Source: Bacteriovoracia bacterium (GTDB taxonomy: Bacteria; Bdellovibrionota; UBA1018; CAIPTA01). Taken from it: 64,000 nucleotides of DNA. Position numbers and translations under genes: made by a program. Shown piece after piece: positions 19,089 to 27,556 of the stretch. The notes under the pieces are model-generated. The model did no database searches, had not been told where the DNA came from, and worked only from the letters and a program-made list of their open reading frames with translations. The stretch spans positions 1,568,001 to 1,632,000 of the forward strand of contig JBFWVL010000001.1 of NCBI GenBank assembly GCA_050246755.1. Direction: 5' to 3'. How positions within the stretch are numbered: the stretch's first letter is position 1; the number at the start of each line of letters is the position of its first letter.

Positions 19089-19478
19089 ATGAAGATACGG
19101 CCAAATCCCAAAAAAGTGGCGGACCCCGCCCCGGACTGCCCACTAAATGATTGCCTGAACCTAATGGCCGGCGCGTGGACGGCGGAAGTGATCTGGTACC
19201 TGCAAAAAGAACCACGACGTTTTGGCGATTTGCAGCGCGATTTGGCGGGCGTTTCCTCTAAAGTGCTCACCTCCCGTTTGCGGGAGCTGGAAGAGCGAGG
19301 CGTAGTGGCACGGGCCGTATTTCCCACCAAGCCCCCCACGGTGGAATATTCCCTTACGGCCATCGGCCGCCGGCTTTTGCCCGTACTCGATGCGGTGGTG
19401 GAGGTAGGAAAAGATTTGCGTAAGCGCGGAGAGGTTTCCCGGCGCCCCATCGTAAAGAAACGAACGAGTTTCGCATGA
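19089..19478 (+). CDS. HxlR/DUF24 family winged-helix regulator
   Basis: DCP N-terminal Cys; RRFGDLQRDL, SKVLTSRLRELE and PPTVEYSLT motifs. Confidence 0.9.
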   Translation: MKIRPNPKKVADPAPDCPLNDCLNLMAGAWTAEVIWYLQKEPRRFGDLQRDLAGVSSKVLTSRLRELEERGVVARAVFPTKPPTVEYSLTAIGRRLLPVLDAVVEVGKDLRKRGEVSRRPIVKKRTSFA

Positions 19479-20056
19479 GCCAAATTCCGTCGAAAAAAGG
19501 CGCCGCGGTTACTTTCTTGGTGGGTGGGCTTCTGCCAGTGGTGGCATTCACGGTGGTGGAACAGTTTTATGGCCCAGTCGGTGGTGCCATCGCCGGGATC
19601 GTTTTCGGGGTGGGGGAAATTTGCTGGGAATTATGGCGCAACGGGCGCGTGCAAAAGATAACCTGGCTTTCCAATCTCTTGGTATTGGTGTTCGGAGTGC
19701 TTTCTTTGTGGGAGAGCGATGGAACGTTCTTTAAGCTCCAGCCCGCGGCTTTGCTGCTGATTTTTGCGGCGCTGCTCTTCGGCTCGTCTTTTCTGAAGAA
19801 GCCCTTCCTAACCGCCATGGCAAAAAAGCAGAATCCTACCCTCCCTCCCGAGGCCGAAGCGCTTTTGACTCGCATGAATTTCCGTCTTGGTTTTGTCTTC
19901 CTGATTCTTACCGCCATCTCTGTGTATGCGGCCTTTTATTGGAGTACCGTAGCGTGGGCCACGCTCAAAGGCGTAGGTTTACCGGTTCTCCTGGCGATTT
20001 ACATGGCGGGCGAATTTATTTGGCTGCGGATCCAGCGCGGCCGGGCTAAGAAATAG
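19475..20056 (+). CDS. Intracellular septation protein A (YciB/IspZ) family
   Basis: Five TM segments; LVLVFG.LSL...D.TFFK.QP and W...K..G pattern. Confidence 0.8.
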   Translation: MSQIPSKKGAAVTFLVGGLLPVVAFTVVEQFYGPVGGAIAGIVFGVGEICWELWRNGRVQKITWLSNLLVLVFGVLSLWESDGTFFKLQPAALLLIFAALLFGSSFLKKPFLTAMAKKQNPTLPPEAEALLTRMNFRLGFVFLILTAISVYAAFYWSTVAWATLKGVGLPVLLAIYMAGEFIWLRIQRGRAKK

Positions 20057-20058
20057 AA

Positions 20059-20742
20059 ATGTCTCGCCTGAGCTACCTATTCTTCGATTTTGGCGGCTGC
20101 ATCGATGCTCCGGGAATCCACACGCGCATTTTATTCTGGGATGCGTATCGCCACCTCGATTTGCGGCCCGCCGACACGCGGGAGGAATTCCAGGAGGCCT
20201 ATACGATGGCTGACCAGCGCATGATGGCCACTGGCGAAGCGAAGGCGATGGGCCTCCAAGAATTTAATCGGCATAATAGCCGGCTAATCGCGGAGAAGAT
20301 CGGCGTGAGCGAGGCCGATGCGGAGCGGGCGGCGGATCGCGTGACGGGCCAAATGCGGGCTTATATCGAGAGCAGCAAGAAAATTCTCACGCAGCTAGGT
20401 GAAAAATATCCGCTGGGGCTAATTTCTAATTTCACCGGCAATCTCGAGGTAATTCTGGCGGAATTTGGCATGCGGAGCCTTTTCGATTCCGTTACCGAGT
20501 CTTTTTACGTGGGGTATTCGAAACCGTCGCCGGAAATTTTCCGGGCCGCATTGAAGAAACAGGCGTTTCCCACCACGGAATGCCTTTACGTGGGCGATAA
20601 TCCCAAAAACGACATCATTCCCGCGAAAGCACTAGGCCTACGTACGGCGCTGATTCATCGCCCGGGGGAAAAAAAGGAATGCGGCGCGGATTACTACGTG
20701 GAAACCCTGGAGGGTTTAGTGCCTTTCATCCAGAGCAAATAA
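20059..20742 (+). CDS. HAD family hydrolase
   Basis: FFDFGGCID motif I; ISN; KP.PEIF; YVGDNPKND. Confidence 0.88.
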   Translation: MSRLSYLFFDFGGCIDAPGIHTRILFWDAYRHLDLRPADTREEFQEAYTMADQRMMATGEAKAMGLQEFNRHNSRLIAEKIGVSEADAERAADRVTGQMRAYIESSKKILTQLGEKYPLGLISNFTGNLEVILAEFGMRSLFDSVTESFYVGYSKPSPEIFRAALKKQAFPTTECLYVGDNPKNDIIPAKALGLRTALIHRPGEKKECGADYYVETLEGLVPFIQSK

Positions 20743-21650
20743 CCTAAGGCCATCCAAAGAATTTCCACGAGCCGGTAGAGCACGGCCACGCTTACGGCGG
20801 AGTCCGCACCCATGCGAAGCACGTTTTTGCACAGAAGCAGCAGGCTCGCTTCACGGCTGCCCACCTGATAGGGAATGAAAAAGAACACATTGTCCATAAG
20901 CGCGCGTCCCACGTCCAGCAGCGCGCAGTAGAAAAGGGAAATCGGCTCGCCAAGGGCGCGGAAGGCGATGTAGAAAGTGAAGCCCTCCACGAAACGCGCG
21001 AGGGTCTCCACGAAGACCGCCAGCCAAAAGCGCCAGGGATGCACCTGGGAAAAAACATGGATCTTCGCGAGCCCCCAGCGGATCCCAAACCCGATTTTCC
21101 AAAGCATGTTTTTTTGCGCAGGCTTCTTTCTTCCGCCCACGCGTAATCGCGGTAGGAAATAGGCGAGGAGAAATAGCGCCGAGAACACAAAGATCAGCGA
21201 AACGAAGCCGATCCGGATCGGCGCGGACACCGGAAAATGAAAAAGAATGATGAACGTGCCCACTAAGAAGGCGAGCAGGGTTCCCAGCGTGTGCACCAGG
21301 TTATAGAGCACAACGCTTTTGATGGCGGTCTTGCGGGAAACCAGCTGCTCGAGCATGACCACGCGCACTGGTTCGCCTAAAACTTTCACGAAGGGGCTCA
21401 GGTTATTCCAGGCGATGCTCGCGAGCATATAGCGGAATAAACGGGGAAAGCGCGAAGGCGGAAGCTCGGGCAGTGTGAGTTGCCAGGCCAGCGTATAGCA
21501 GAGAGCTACCGGTATGAAGGAGAGGGCGAGGGGCAGCGACCACCATCCAAGGCTGGCGATATCGAAATATAGTTTTTCAAAGCCGAAGCTATAGAGAATC
21601 GAGCCGAGGGATAATAGCCCGAGCACGCTGAACAGGGCTTTCCAAATCAA
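20694..21650 (-). CDS. Lysylphosphatidylglycerol-synthase TM (flippase-like, UPF0104) protein
   Basis: NNLSP...GEPVR, FFIP.Q.G.RE and LYRL motifs; probable TTG start overlapping the upstream stop. Confidence 0.75.
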   Translation of the reverse strand: MIWKALFSVLGLLSLGSILYSFGFEKLYFDIASLGWWSLPLALSFIPVALCYTLAWQLTLPELPPSRFPRLFRYMLASIAWNNLSPFVKVLGEPVRVVMLEQLVSRKTAIKSVVLYNLVHTLGTLLAFLVGTFIILFHFPVSAPIRIGFVSLIFVFSALFLLAYFLPRLRVGGRKKPAQKNMLWKIGFGIRWGLAKIHVFSQVHPWRFWLAVFVETLARFVEGFTFYIAFRALGEPISLFYCALLDVGRALMDNVFFFIPYQVGSREASLLLLCKNVLRMGADSAVSVAVLYRLVEILWMALGYLLWMKGTKPSRVST

Positions 21651-22558
21651 ACAATCCCCCGCGCTTTTAGGGCGGCATTGAATTTTGCGTCCACGCGCGA
21701 CTGGAAAAATCGCAGGGCGAGCAGCGCAAGCGTGAGGCAAACGATATCTACGGCGATCAGGTAGAGATCGAAGCGGCGCGCGAAGGCGAACACGATGATC
21801 ATGATGGTATGAAAATTGGCGCCCATTAGCCGCCAGCAGCGAAGCATGAAGCGATTTTGCTCGCGGTAAAGATGCTGGAACTCTTCACCCCGAGGGCCGC
21901 TCGTGAGTGCGCGCCAGGCGAAACGTTCCGCATCGCCCCGGCTCGTTAGCTTATTCTGCTGCCAGATCCAGGAGAAACGCAGATTCCAGAACAAGCGCTC
22001 GGAACCCTTGGCGGCCTCACACTCACGGGTCGCCTCGGTGATGGTCGGATTCCAGTAATCTCCTTTTACTTTTCCGTAGCCGAAATAAAGGTACTCACGA
22101 TTGTAGAAATCCAGCATCGAGCTTTGCAGGGAATGGCAAACGCCCGCAAAGATCGCGATCGGCCAGATCTCGGCCCCCCAATTGGACAGCGCAAGCGTGG
22201 AGCCGATATAGGCGGCGGCGAACACGATATTATCGCAGAGGCCGTCGAGCACGAGCCCGAGCTTGGTGGATTTGCCCCCCAGCCGGGCTAATTGGCCGTC
22301 GGAGCTGTCGAAGATTCCCGCTAAAACGAAAAGCACGCTGGCGATTGTGAGCGAGAGATTGGTTTCATTGAGGTAAAAAAAGCGCCCGGAAATGAGGCCG
22401 AGCACGAGTCCGATCAGGGTGAGCTGAGTGGGAGTGGCGCCTATGGCCCAGGCAATTTTCGCGATCAAGAAGCCCACCGGACGGTACAGGTAGAGATCGA
22501 GCTTTTCTTCGGTGTCGAAGCTCTTAATGCTCTTCCAGTATTCCTCTTTCCAGGACAT
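21647..22558 (-). CDS. CDP-alcohol phosphatidyltransferase
   Basis: D-x2-DG-x2-AR-x7-G-x3-D-x3-D signature (DSSDGQLARLGGKSTKLGLVLDGLCD). Confidence 0.92.
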   Translation of the reverse strand: MSWKEEYWKSIKSFDTEEKLDLYLYRPVGFLIAKIAWAIGATPTQLTLIGLVLGLISGRFFYLNETNLSLTIASVLFVLAGIFDSSDGQLARLGGKSTKLGLVLDGLCDNIVFAAAYIGSTLALSNWGAEIWPIAIFAGVCHSLQSSMLDFYNREYLYFGYGKVKGDYWNPTITEATRECEAAKGSERLFWNLRFSWIWQQNKLTSRGDAERFAWRALTSGPRGEEFQHLYREQNRFMLRCWRLMGANFHTIMIIVFAFARRFDLYLIAVDIVCLTLALLALRFFQSRVDAKFNAALKARGIV

Positions 22559-23425
22559 CTAGATTCCGCTGGCGGAAACGGCCGTTACTTTTTTGGAAGA
22601 AAGCATTTTGGCGAGATGCTCGGAGGCAAGGGTGGCGATGGCGTTAGAGGCATCGTCGCGGCAGATGCGGAATGAAGGCCAGTCGTTTACGTCGATTAGG
22701 TGGAAATTCCCGTTGGCATCGAGGATTGCATCGCCGCCGTAGATAACGAGCCCGAGGGCTTCCGCGGAAACGGCCGCCGCGCGCTCGAGCGAAGCGAGGT
22801 TCGGTGCCGAGGCGTCGGTGAGGAAGGTGCGAACTTTAATGGGACGGAAAAACTTTCCCTTAACGCCGTAGAATTTATAGATATCGCCGGCAATATGCTT
22901 TTGAATAATCACTTCGCGCACGCCGCGCTCGCGGAATTTCACCAGCTTGGACTCCGCTTCGGCGGTGCTCTCGGCGAGGCTCACGTCGTCGTCGCAAATG
23001 GCGTGAAAATCACTGCGTTTCAGCCAGTAGGATTCTCCCTCAGAAAGGCGGGGCGTTCCGTCGGTGGCGAGAATCTGGAAGGGCACGTAATTCACGGGTA
23101 GGCCTACCAGGGTTTCCGACATCGTCTTGCGGTAGCAATTGCGGATGGCTTGAGTGCTGTTCCACACGATATTTTTCGGAAATAGCTTATCCAGGGCCGC
23201 TAGGGTTTCTTCGCTTTGGCTCATGGTGAACACTAAATCGTAGTGGGTGGAGACGCTGGTTTTCGCCTTCGCTTCTCCCTCTTCCCAGAAATCCAATTGC
23301 ACTTGGCCCGGATGCGCGCGCTGAATTTTCGCGAGGGACTCCTGCAAAATCAAACGGTCCGCTTCGATGGCGTTATTGGAAAATTTGGGGTCTCGGTAAA
23401 TCCCGAGAATCTTCAGTGGTTTCAA
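22559..23425 (-). CDS. ATP-grasp fold protein (resembles the ITPK1-type inositol phosphate kinase fold)
   Basis: WLKR, IIQKHIAGDIYKFYGV, IYGGDAI and LIDVNDWPSF motifs. Confidence 0.65.
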   Translation of the reverse strand: MKPLKILGIYRDPKFSNNAIEADRLILQESLAKIQRAHPGQVQLDFWEEGEAKAKTSVSTHYDLVFTMSQSEETLAALDKLFPKNIVWNSTQAIRNCYRKTMSETLVGLPVNYVPFQILATDGTPRLSEGESYWLKRSDFHAICDDDVSLAESTAEAESKLVKFRERGVREVIIQKHIAGDIYKFYGVKGKFFRPIKVRTFLTDASAPNLASLERAAAVSAEALGLVIYGGDAILDANGNFHLIDVNDWPSFRICRDDASNAIATLASEHLAKMLSSKKVTAVSASGI

Positions 23426-24132
23426 GGGGAAGATCCTTTGGCGCCGCGCAAAAAATGTTCGGCCGATTCGAGGTCAGAAGGATGGTCTACATCAATTGTC
23501 TTCTCTACTACAAATGTTTTTATGGTCAGCCCCTGCTCCACTAAGGCCGCGAGAAAATTACGCATTTTTTGCATCCCCTGGCCCGTAAATTTAGGTGCCA
23601 GCGCCATGGCGGGGGGGGAGAGGAAATACATGCCCGAAGTAACGAGGTGCGCGCCTTCGGCCCCGAATTTTTTTACGTAGCCTTCGTCATCTACTTGTAC
23701 CCAAAGAGGTTTCTCATCTTCCACGAAAGGCGTAACCAGCAGCGCAGATTCGCCGGCGGGCAAATCTGCGCAGAATTTCCAGAAACCAGCCAAATCGGAA
23801 TCTCGGAGGATGGTGTCCACCATGCTGAAAAGCACGGGCCCCTGAGGTGGGCTTAGGGCTTCTACTAGGGCGGCCAGGGTGTGGAGAGAGCTCTCGGTAT
23901 TCACAAATAGGTATTGCGATTGTGGAGGGAGGGTCTGTTTGTCTGCGGGATCAAGCAATTCCTCGCGCAGGGCAAAGAGAATCTCGCTGGCCCCGAGGGC
24001 AAGAAATTGATTTTGCAGGCGGTCCACTAGAGTTTTCCCGGCGATCCTGGCCAGGGGTTTTGCTTTCGCCAGGCCTTGCATCCGGGAGCCGAGGCCTGCC
24101 CCTAGCACTGCCACGCGTATTCCGCTTTTCAT
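23422..24132 (-). CDS. NTP transferase (sugar/polyol-phosphate nucleotidyltransferase)
   Basis: LGAGLGSRM...KPL motif; VDT; IDVDHPSD. Confidence 0.85.
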   Translation of the reverse strand: MKSGIRVAVLGAGLGSRMQGLAKAKPLARIAGKTLVDRLQNQFLALGASEILFALREELLDPADKQTLPPQSQYLFVNTESSLHTLAALVEALSPPQGPVLFSMVDTILRDSDLAGFWKFCADLPAGESALLVTPFVEDEKPLWVQVDDEGYVKKFGAEGAHLVTSGMYFLSPPAMALAPKFTGQGMQKMRNFLAALVEQGLTIKTFVVEKTIDVDHPSDLESAEHFLRGAKGSSP

Positions 24133-24146
24133 GGGGCCAAACTAGC

Positions 24147-24183
24147 AAAAAAAGAAAAGGCCCGGAAGGTGATTCCGGGCCTT
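24147..24183 (-). terminator. Intrinsic terminator after the 24207-24713 gene
   Basis: aaggcccggaa-loop-ttccgggcctt with a T-run on the minus strand. Confidence 0.75.
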
Positions 24184-24206
24184 AATCAGGAAGTGAGGGA
24201 TACTTC

Positions 24207-24713
24207 CTAAAATAGTTGGGGAAGGGGGCTAAGCGCAAACTCTCCCGAGGCGGTTTCATCGGCCGCGCGGCGATACTGCACGCTAAGGGTGCCATCGTTG
24301 CGGGGAATCACGGCAAATTCGAATTGGTCTCCGGGGCGCGTTTCGGAGAAGTAGCCTACGGTAGGCTGGCCATTCATCACCACGGTGCGGCTCTGCAGGG
24401 GAAAGCTAACGCGCAGATTAGCTTGGTCTTTCGCCACCAGTGATAGACGGAAAGAGGCGCGCTTTACGGGAGCAAGGGGAACGAGGGTTTGGATACGCGC
24501 GGCCATGTGATTGGGGATGCTGAATTCCTGTTCTGATTTTTCGAGGGCGGCAACGAGGTCCACTCCGTCGAGCTGGGTGGTGCCGATATAAATCGCCGAC
24601 CAGTTGCCGCGCTGGAGTTGCACCGAGGTTCCGTTATTTTCCAAGGTGGCCGCCTGGGTGATCACGGTATTGGCGAGAATGAAAGTTAGACAGGTGAAGA
24701 GAAGGCGGCTCAT
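24207..24713 (-). CDS. Exported hypothetical beta-rich protein
   Basis: Signal peptide ending TQA; GGAG RBS. Confidence 0.65.
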   Translation of the reverse strand: MSRLLFTCLTFILANTVITQAATLENNGTSVQLQRGNWSAIYIGTTQLDGVDLVAALEKSEQEFSIPNHMAARIQTLVPLAPVKRASFRLSLVAKDQANLRVSFPLQSRTVVMNGQPTVGYFSETRPGDQFEFAVIPRNDGTLSVQYRRAADETASGEFALSPLPQLF

Positions 24714-24920
24714 AAAGACTCCATTTGGCGAAAGCTATTTGCCCTCCTAGTGCAGTTGGAGTGCCAGTTAATCCGAGCGTTTTGCTTTCATTTGTTAATT
24801 TGTAATTCACTGAAATCAAAGAGGTTTCTTGTGGGCGGAGAGGTGTTTTGTTTTCGAATGAGGATTTTGGTGCCAGAATGGTTCCAGTCTCCTGGTTTCA
24901 ATCTTGGGCTCAGCTCCACA

Positions 24921-26525
24921 ATGGACCTCCGTAGTAAACGTCTGGAACCTATTCTCTTCTTCCTGCTCTACGTGGCAGTGGGAAGCATTTTTCTGGGCGT
25001 GCTCACCGATTGGGTGAGCTTTGCGGTGGACGAAGGATTCACCAGTTACGGCGCCCAGCGGCTACGCGAAGGGGAATGGCCGCACCGAGATTTTTTCTTC
25101 CTTTGGACTCCCGGAATCCTGGTCTGGCACGCATTTTTGCAGGAGCTAGGGTTCAGCTGGCTCGGAGAAAGAGCTTCCGCCCTCGTGGCTGCGGCTTTCA
25201 CCGGCGCCTTGCTCCTTCGGCAAGCTCACGACTGGAACTTCCGCGCCACCCAGCGCGCCCTGCTAGCGCTCGGCATTTTACTCTGGGGATTCTCTCTCTG
25301 GAATATTCCCTATTCCTCCTGGTATGCGCTGCCATTTGCGCTTCTGGGGGCACGCTTGGGGCCGACCCGCTCGATTCTCGCGGGCCTCTGCTTGGCGGCC
25401 GCTTTTTGGTTTAAGCAGAATATTGGCATCCTTGCGTGCGTGGGCTCGCTGAGCGCGCTTTACTTGGCCGGGGAAAAGAAGAAAGCTTGGCGCGTGGGAA
25501 TGCTTTTCGCGCTCGGATTGGCCATTCCCTTCGCCGCGATTTTCATCTTCGGTGGTGAGGTTGCTTTTACCCGGGCTTTTTCCCAGATATTTCTTTTCCC
25601 GCTGCGATACCCCGCCTTGATGAGCGAGTGGCCGCAACGGCAGTGGTTCGCTTCGCCCTTGATGCTGTTTGGTCTGTGGATACTTGGGCTCTTCAGCTTA
25701 CGGCCTAACCTTGTGGGTGGAGCTCCGCGCCTGCTGAGGATCGCGCTCGTTCTTTTTCTCGGCTACGCCGCTTTTTTTGGCGGGCAAATCTTTTTTCTCG
25801 GATCCTTCCTGCTTTTTTCTTGCCTGGCCTGGGGGCTGAGTTTGGGAGTCGCACTCACTTTGCCCGCGGAAGAGAAGAAATCTTTTTGGCTCTATTTTCT
25901 TCCGGCGCTCGGCGCGTTCCTGCAAGTTTTTCCGCGCGTGGATTTTCAGCATTTTCTCTTCGTGTTTCCGCCCGCGTTCATCTTGTGGATCTGGAGCATC
26001 GAAAAGCTTCGCCTTCGCTATCCCTGGCTGCGTGGCGGCCTGCTTTTTATTCCGATACTGGTTTTGCTTTGGGGTGGGTTCTTTTTTCAGTCCCGGCTGA
26101 TTTCTCTTCGTGCCTACGGAGTGAAGGACTCGCTGGGGATGATCAGTTATGGCTGGGCTCACCGGATGAATAACGAGCTCGCGGAAGTAATTCATGCGCT
26201 GGAAGCGCGGGGACTAAAAAGGGGCGATCCTATTTTGGTGCTGCCCAACGCCACTTCTTTTTACCGCGTTTCGGGGTTTCGCAATCCCACCGCCCATAAC
26301 CAATTTTTCCCCGGCTACGTAGAGGCTTTCGGCGAAAGCCCGGTAGAAGTGCTAGCCGGATACGAGAAGGCCGGCGGCCGTTACTTGGTTTGGCAGTATA
26401 AGAGCGGTCTGAAGAATCCGCCGGCGATAGAGAAGGAAATTTCGGAAAATTATCGCATGCTGGAACAATTTCCCGAGCATTTCAGTGTTTGGGAGAGAAA
26501 AACAGCCCAGGCGCCTATTCACTAG
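24921..26525 (+). CDS. Polytopic membrane glycosyltransferase (GT-C/ArnT-like)
   Basis: DEG motif after TM1; G..PHRDFF...TPG; FKQN.G; start position uncertain. Confidence 0.65.
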   Translation: MDLRSKRLEPILFFLLYVAVGSIFLGVLTDWVSFAVDEGFTSYGAQRLREGEWPHRDFFFLWTPGILVWHAFLQELGFSWLGERASALVAAAFTGALLLRQAHDWNFRATQRALLALGILLWGFSLWNIPYSSWYALPFALLGARLGPTRSILAGLCLAAAFWFKQNIGILACVGSLSALYLAGEKKKAWRVGMLFALGLAIPFAAIFIFGGEVAFTRAFSQIFLFPLRYPALMSEWPQRQWFASPLMLFGLWILGLFSLRPNLVGGAPRLLRIALVLFLGYAAFFGGQIFFLGSFLLFSCLAWGLSLGVALTLPAEEKKSFWLYFLPALGAFLQVFPRVDFQHFLFVFPPAFILWIWSIEKLRLRYPWLRGGLLFIPILVLLWGGFFFQSRLISLRAYGVKDSLGMISYGWAHRMNNELAEVIHALEARGLKRGDPILVLPNATSFYRVSGFRNPTAHNQFFPGYVEAFGESPVEVLAGYEKAGGRYLVWQYKSGLKNPPAIEKEISENYRMLEQFPEHFSVWERKTAQAPIH

Positions 26526-26553
26526 TGCGGGCCAGGCGTGGTATCCAATTTTC

Positions 26554-26787
26554 ATGAGCGGTAAAAAAGAAGAAAAATTTGAAGACGCGCTAGAGCGATT
26601 ACAGGGCCTAGTGCGCGAGCTCGAATCGGGAGATTGTGCTCTCGAAGATTCGATCAAGAAATTTGAAGACGGCATGGCGCTCGCCCGCAAATGCCAGGAT
26701 CGCCTGAATCAGGCGGAGCAAAAGATCGAAATTTTGCTGAAAGCCGATAAGAACGGCGTGAGTGCGGAACTTTTTGACGAAGAGTAA
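26554..26787 (+). CDS. xseB: Exodeoxyribonuclease VII small subunit
   Basis: FEDALERLQGLVRELESG...LEDSIKKFEDGM.L...C...L..AEQKI. Confidence 0.93.
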   Translation: MSGKKEEKFEDALERLQGLVRELESGDCALEDSIKKFEDGMALARKCQDRLNQAEQKIEILLKADKNGVSAELFDEE

Positions 26788-27538
26788 CGAAAAAAAACGC
26801 CTTGATTTGCTCTTGCTTGCCCTCGGTCTCGCCTCTACCCGCACCAAGGCACAGGATCTTATTGCGGGCGGCCACGTGACCGTAGACGGCGCGGTGGTGG
26901 ACCACGCGGGCGCGAAATTTTCCGCCGAAAGCGTCGTTCAGCTCAAAGAGCCGGAGAATCCTTACGTTTCGCGCGGCGGGCTTAAGCTGGCCGCGGCACT
27001 CGACGCTTTTCGCGTGCCGGTAAAGGGCATGCGCGCCCTTGATATAGGTCAGTCCACAGGGGGATTCACGGACTGCCTGTTGCAGGCGGGTGCCGAAGAG
27101 ATCGTGGGGGTGGACGTAGGTATTGGCCAGCTGGATCCGCGCCTGCGCGATTCGCGGCGGGTAAAGTTTCTCGAAAAAATGGATATCCGCCAGCTGGATC
27201 CCGTGACCGTGCGGGCGCCTTTCTCTCTCTTCGTGGCCGACCTTTCTTTTATTTCGCTTACTTTGGTATTGCCCACGATCACACGCTTCCTGGCGAAGCC
27301 GTCCGATGGAATCATTCTGGTCAAGCCGCAGTTCGAGCTCAGTCCAGATGGAATTGGCTCTGGCGGGATTGTGCGCAATGCGGCGTTGCGGGAATCCGCG
27401 TTGGCGCGGGTACTAGGGGCCGCTAAAGACCTTGGATTCACGGTAGCGGGATCGATTCCTTCTCCCGTGCATGGCGGCGACGGAAACCAGGAGTATTTAG
27501 TTCATCTGCGGTGGCACTCGCAAGCCACCCGGATTTGA
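26762..27538 (+). CDS. tlyA: TlyA family rRNA 2'-O-methyltransferase
   Basis: S4 domain RLD..L; YVSRGGLKL, DIGQSTGGFTD, DLSFISL, LVKPQFE and GNQEYL motifs. Confidence 0.93.
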   Translation: MRNFLTKSNEKKRLDLLLLALGLASTRTKAQDLIAGGHVTVDGAVVDHAGAKFSAESVVQLKEPENPYVSRGGLKLAAALDAFRVPVKGMRALDIGQSTGGFTDCLLQAGAEEIVGVDVGIGQLDPRLRDSRRVKFLEKMDIRQLDPVTVRAPFSLFVADLSFISLTLVLPTITRFLAKPSDGIILVKPQFELSPDGIGSGGIVRNAALRESALARVLGAAKDLGFTVAGSIPSPVHGGDGNQEYLVHLRWHSQATRI

Positions 27539-27556
27539 TTTATTCTCAATCAATCC

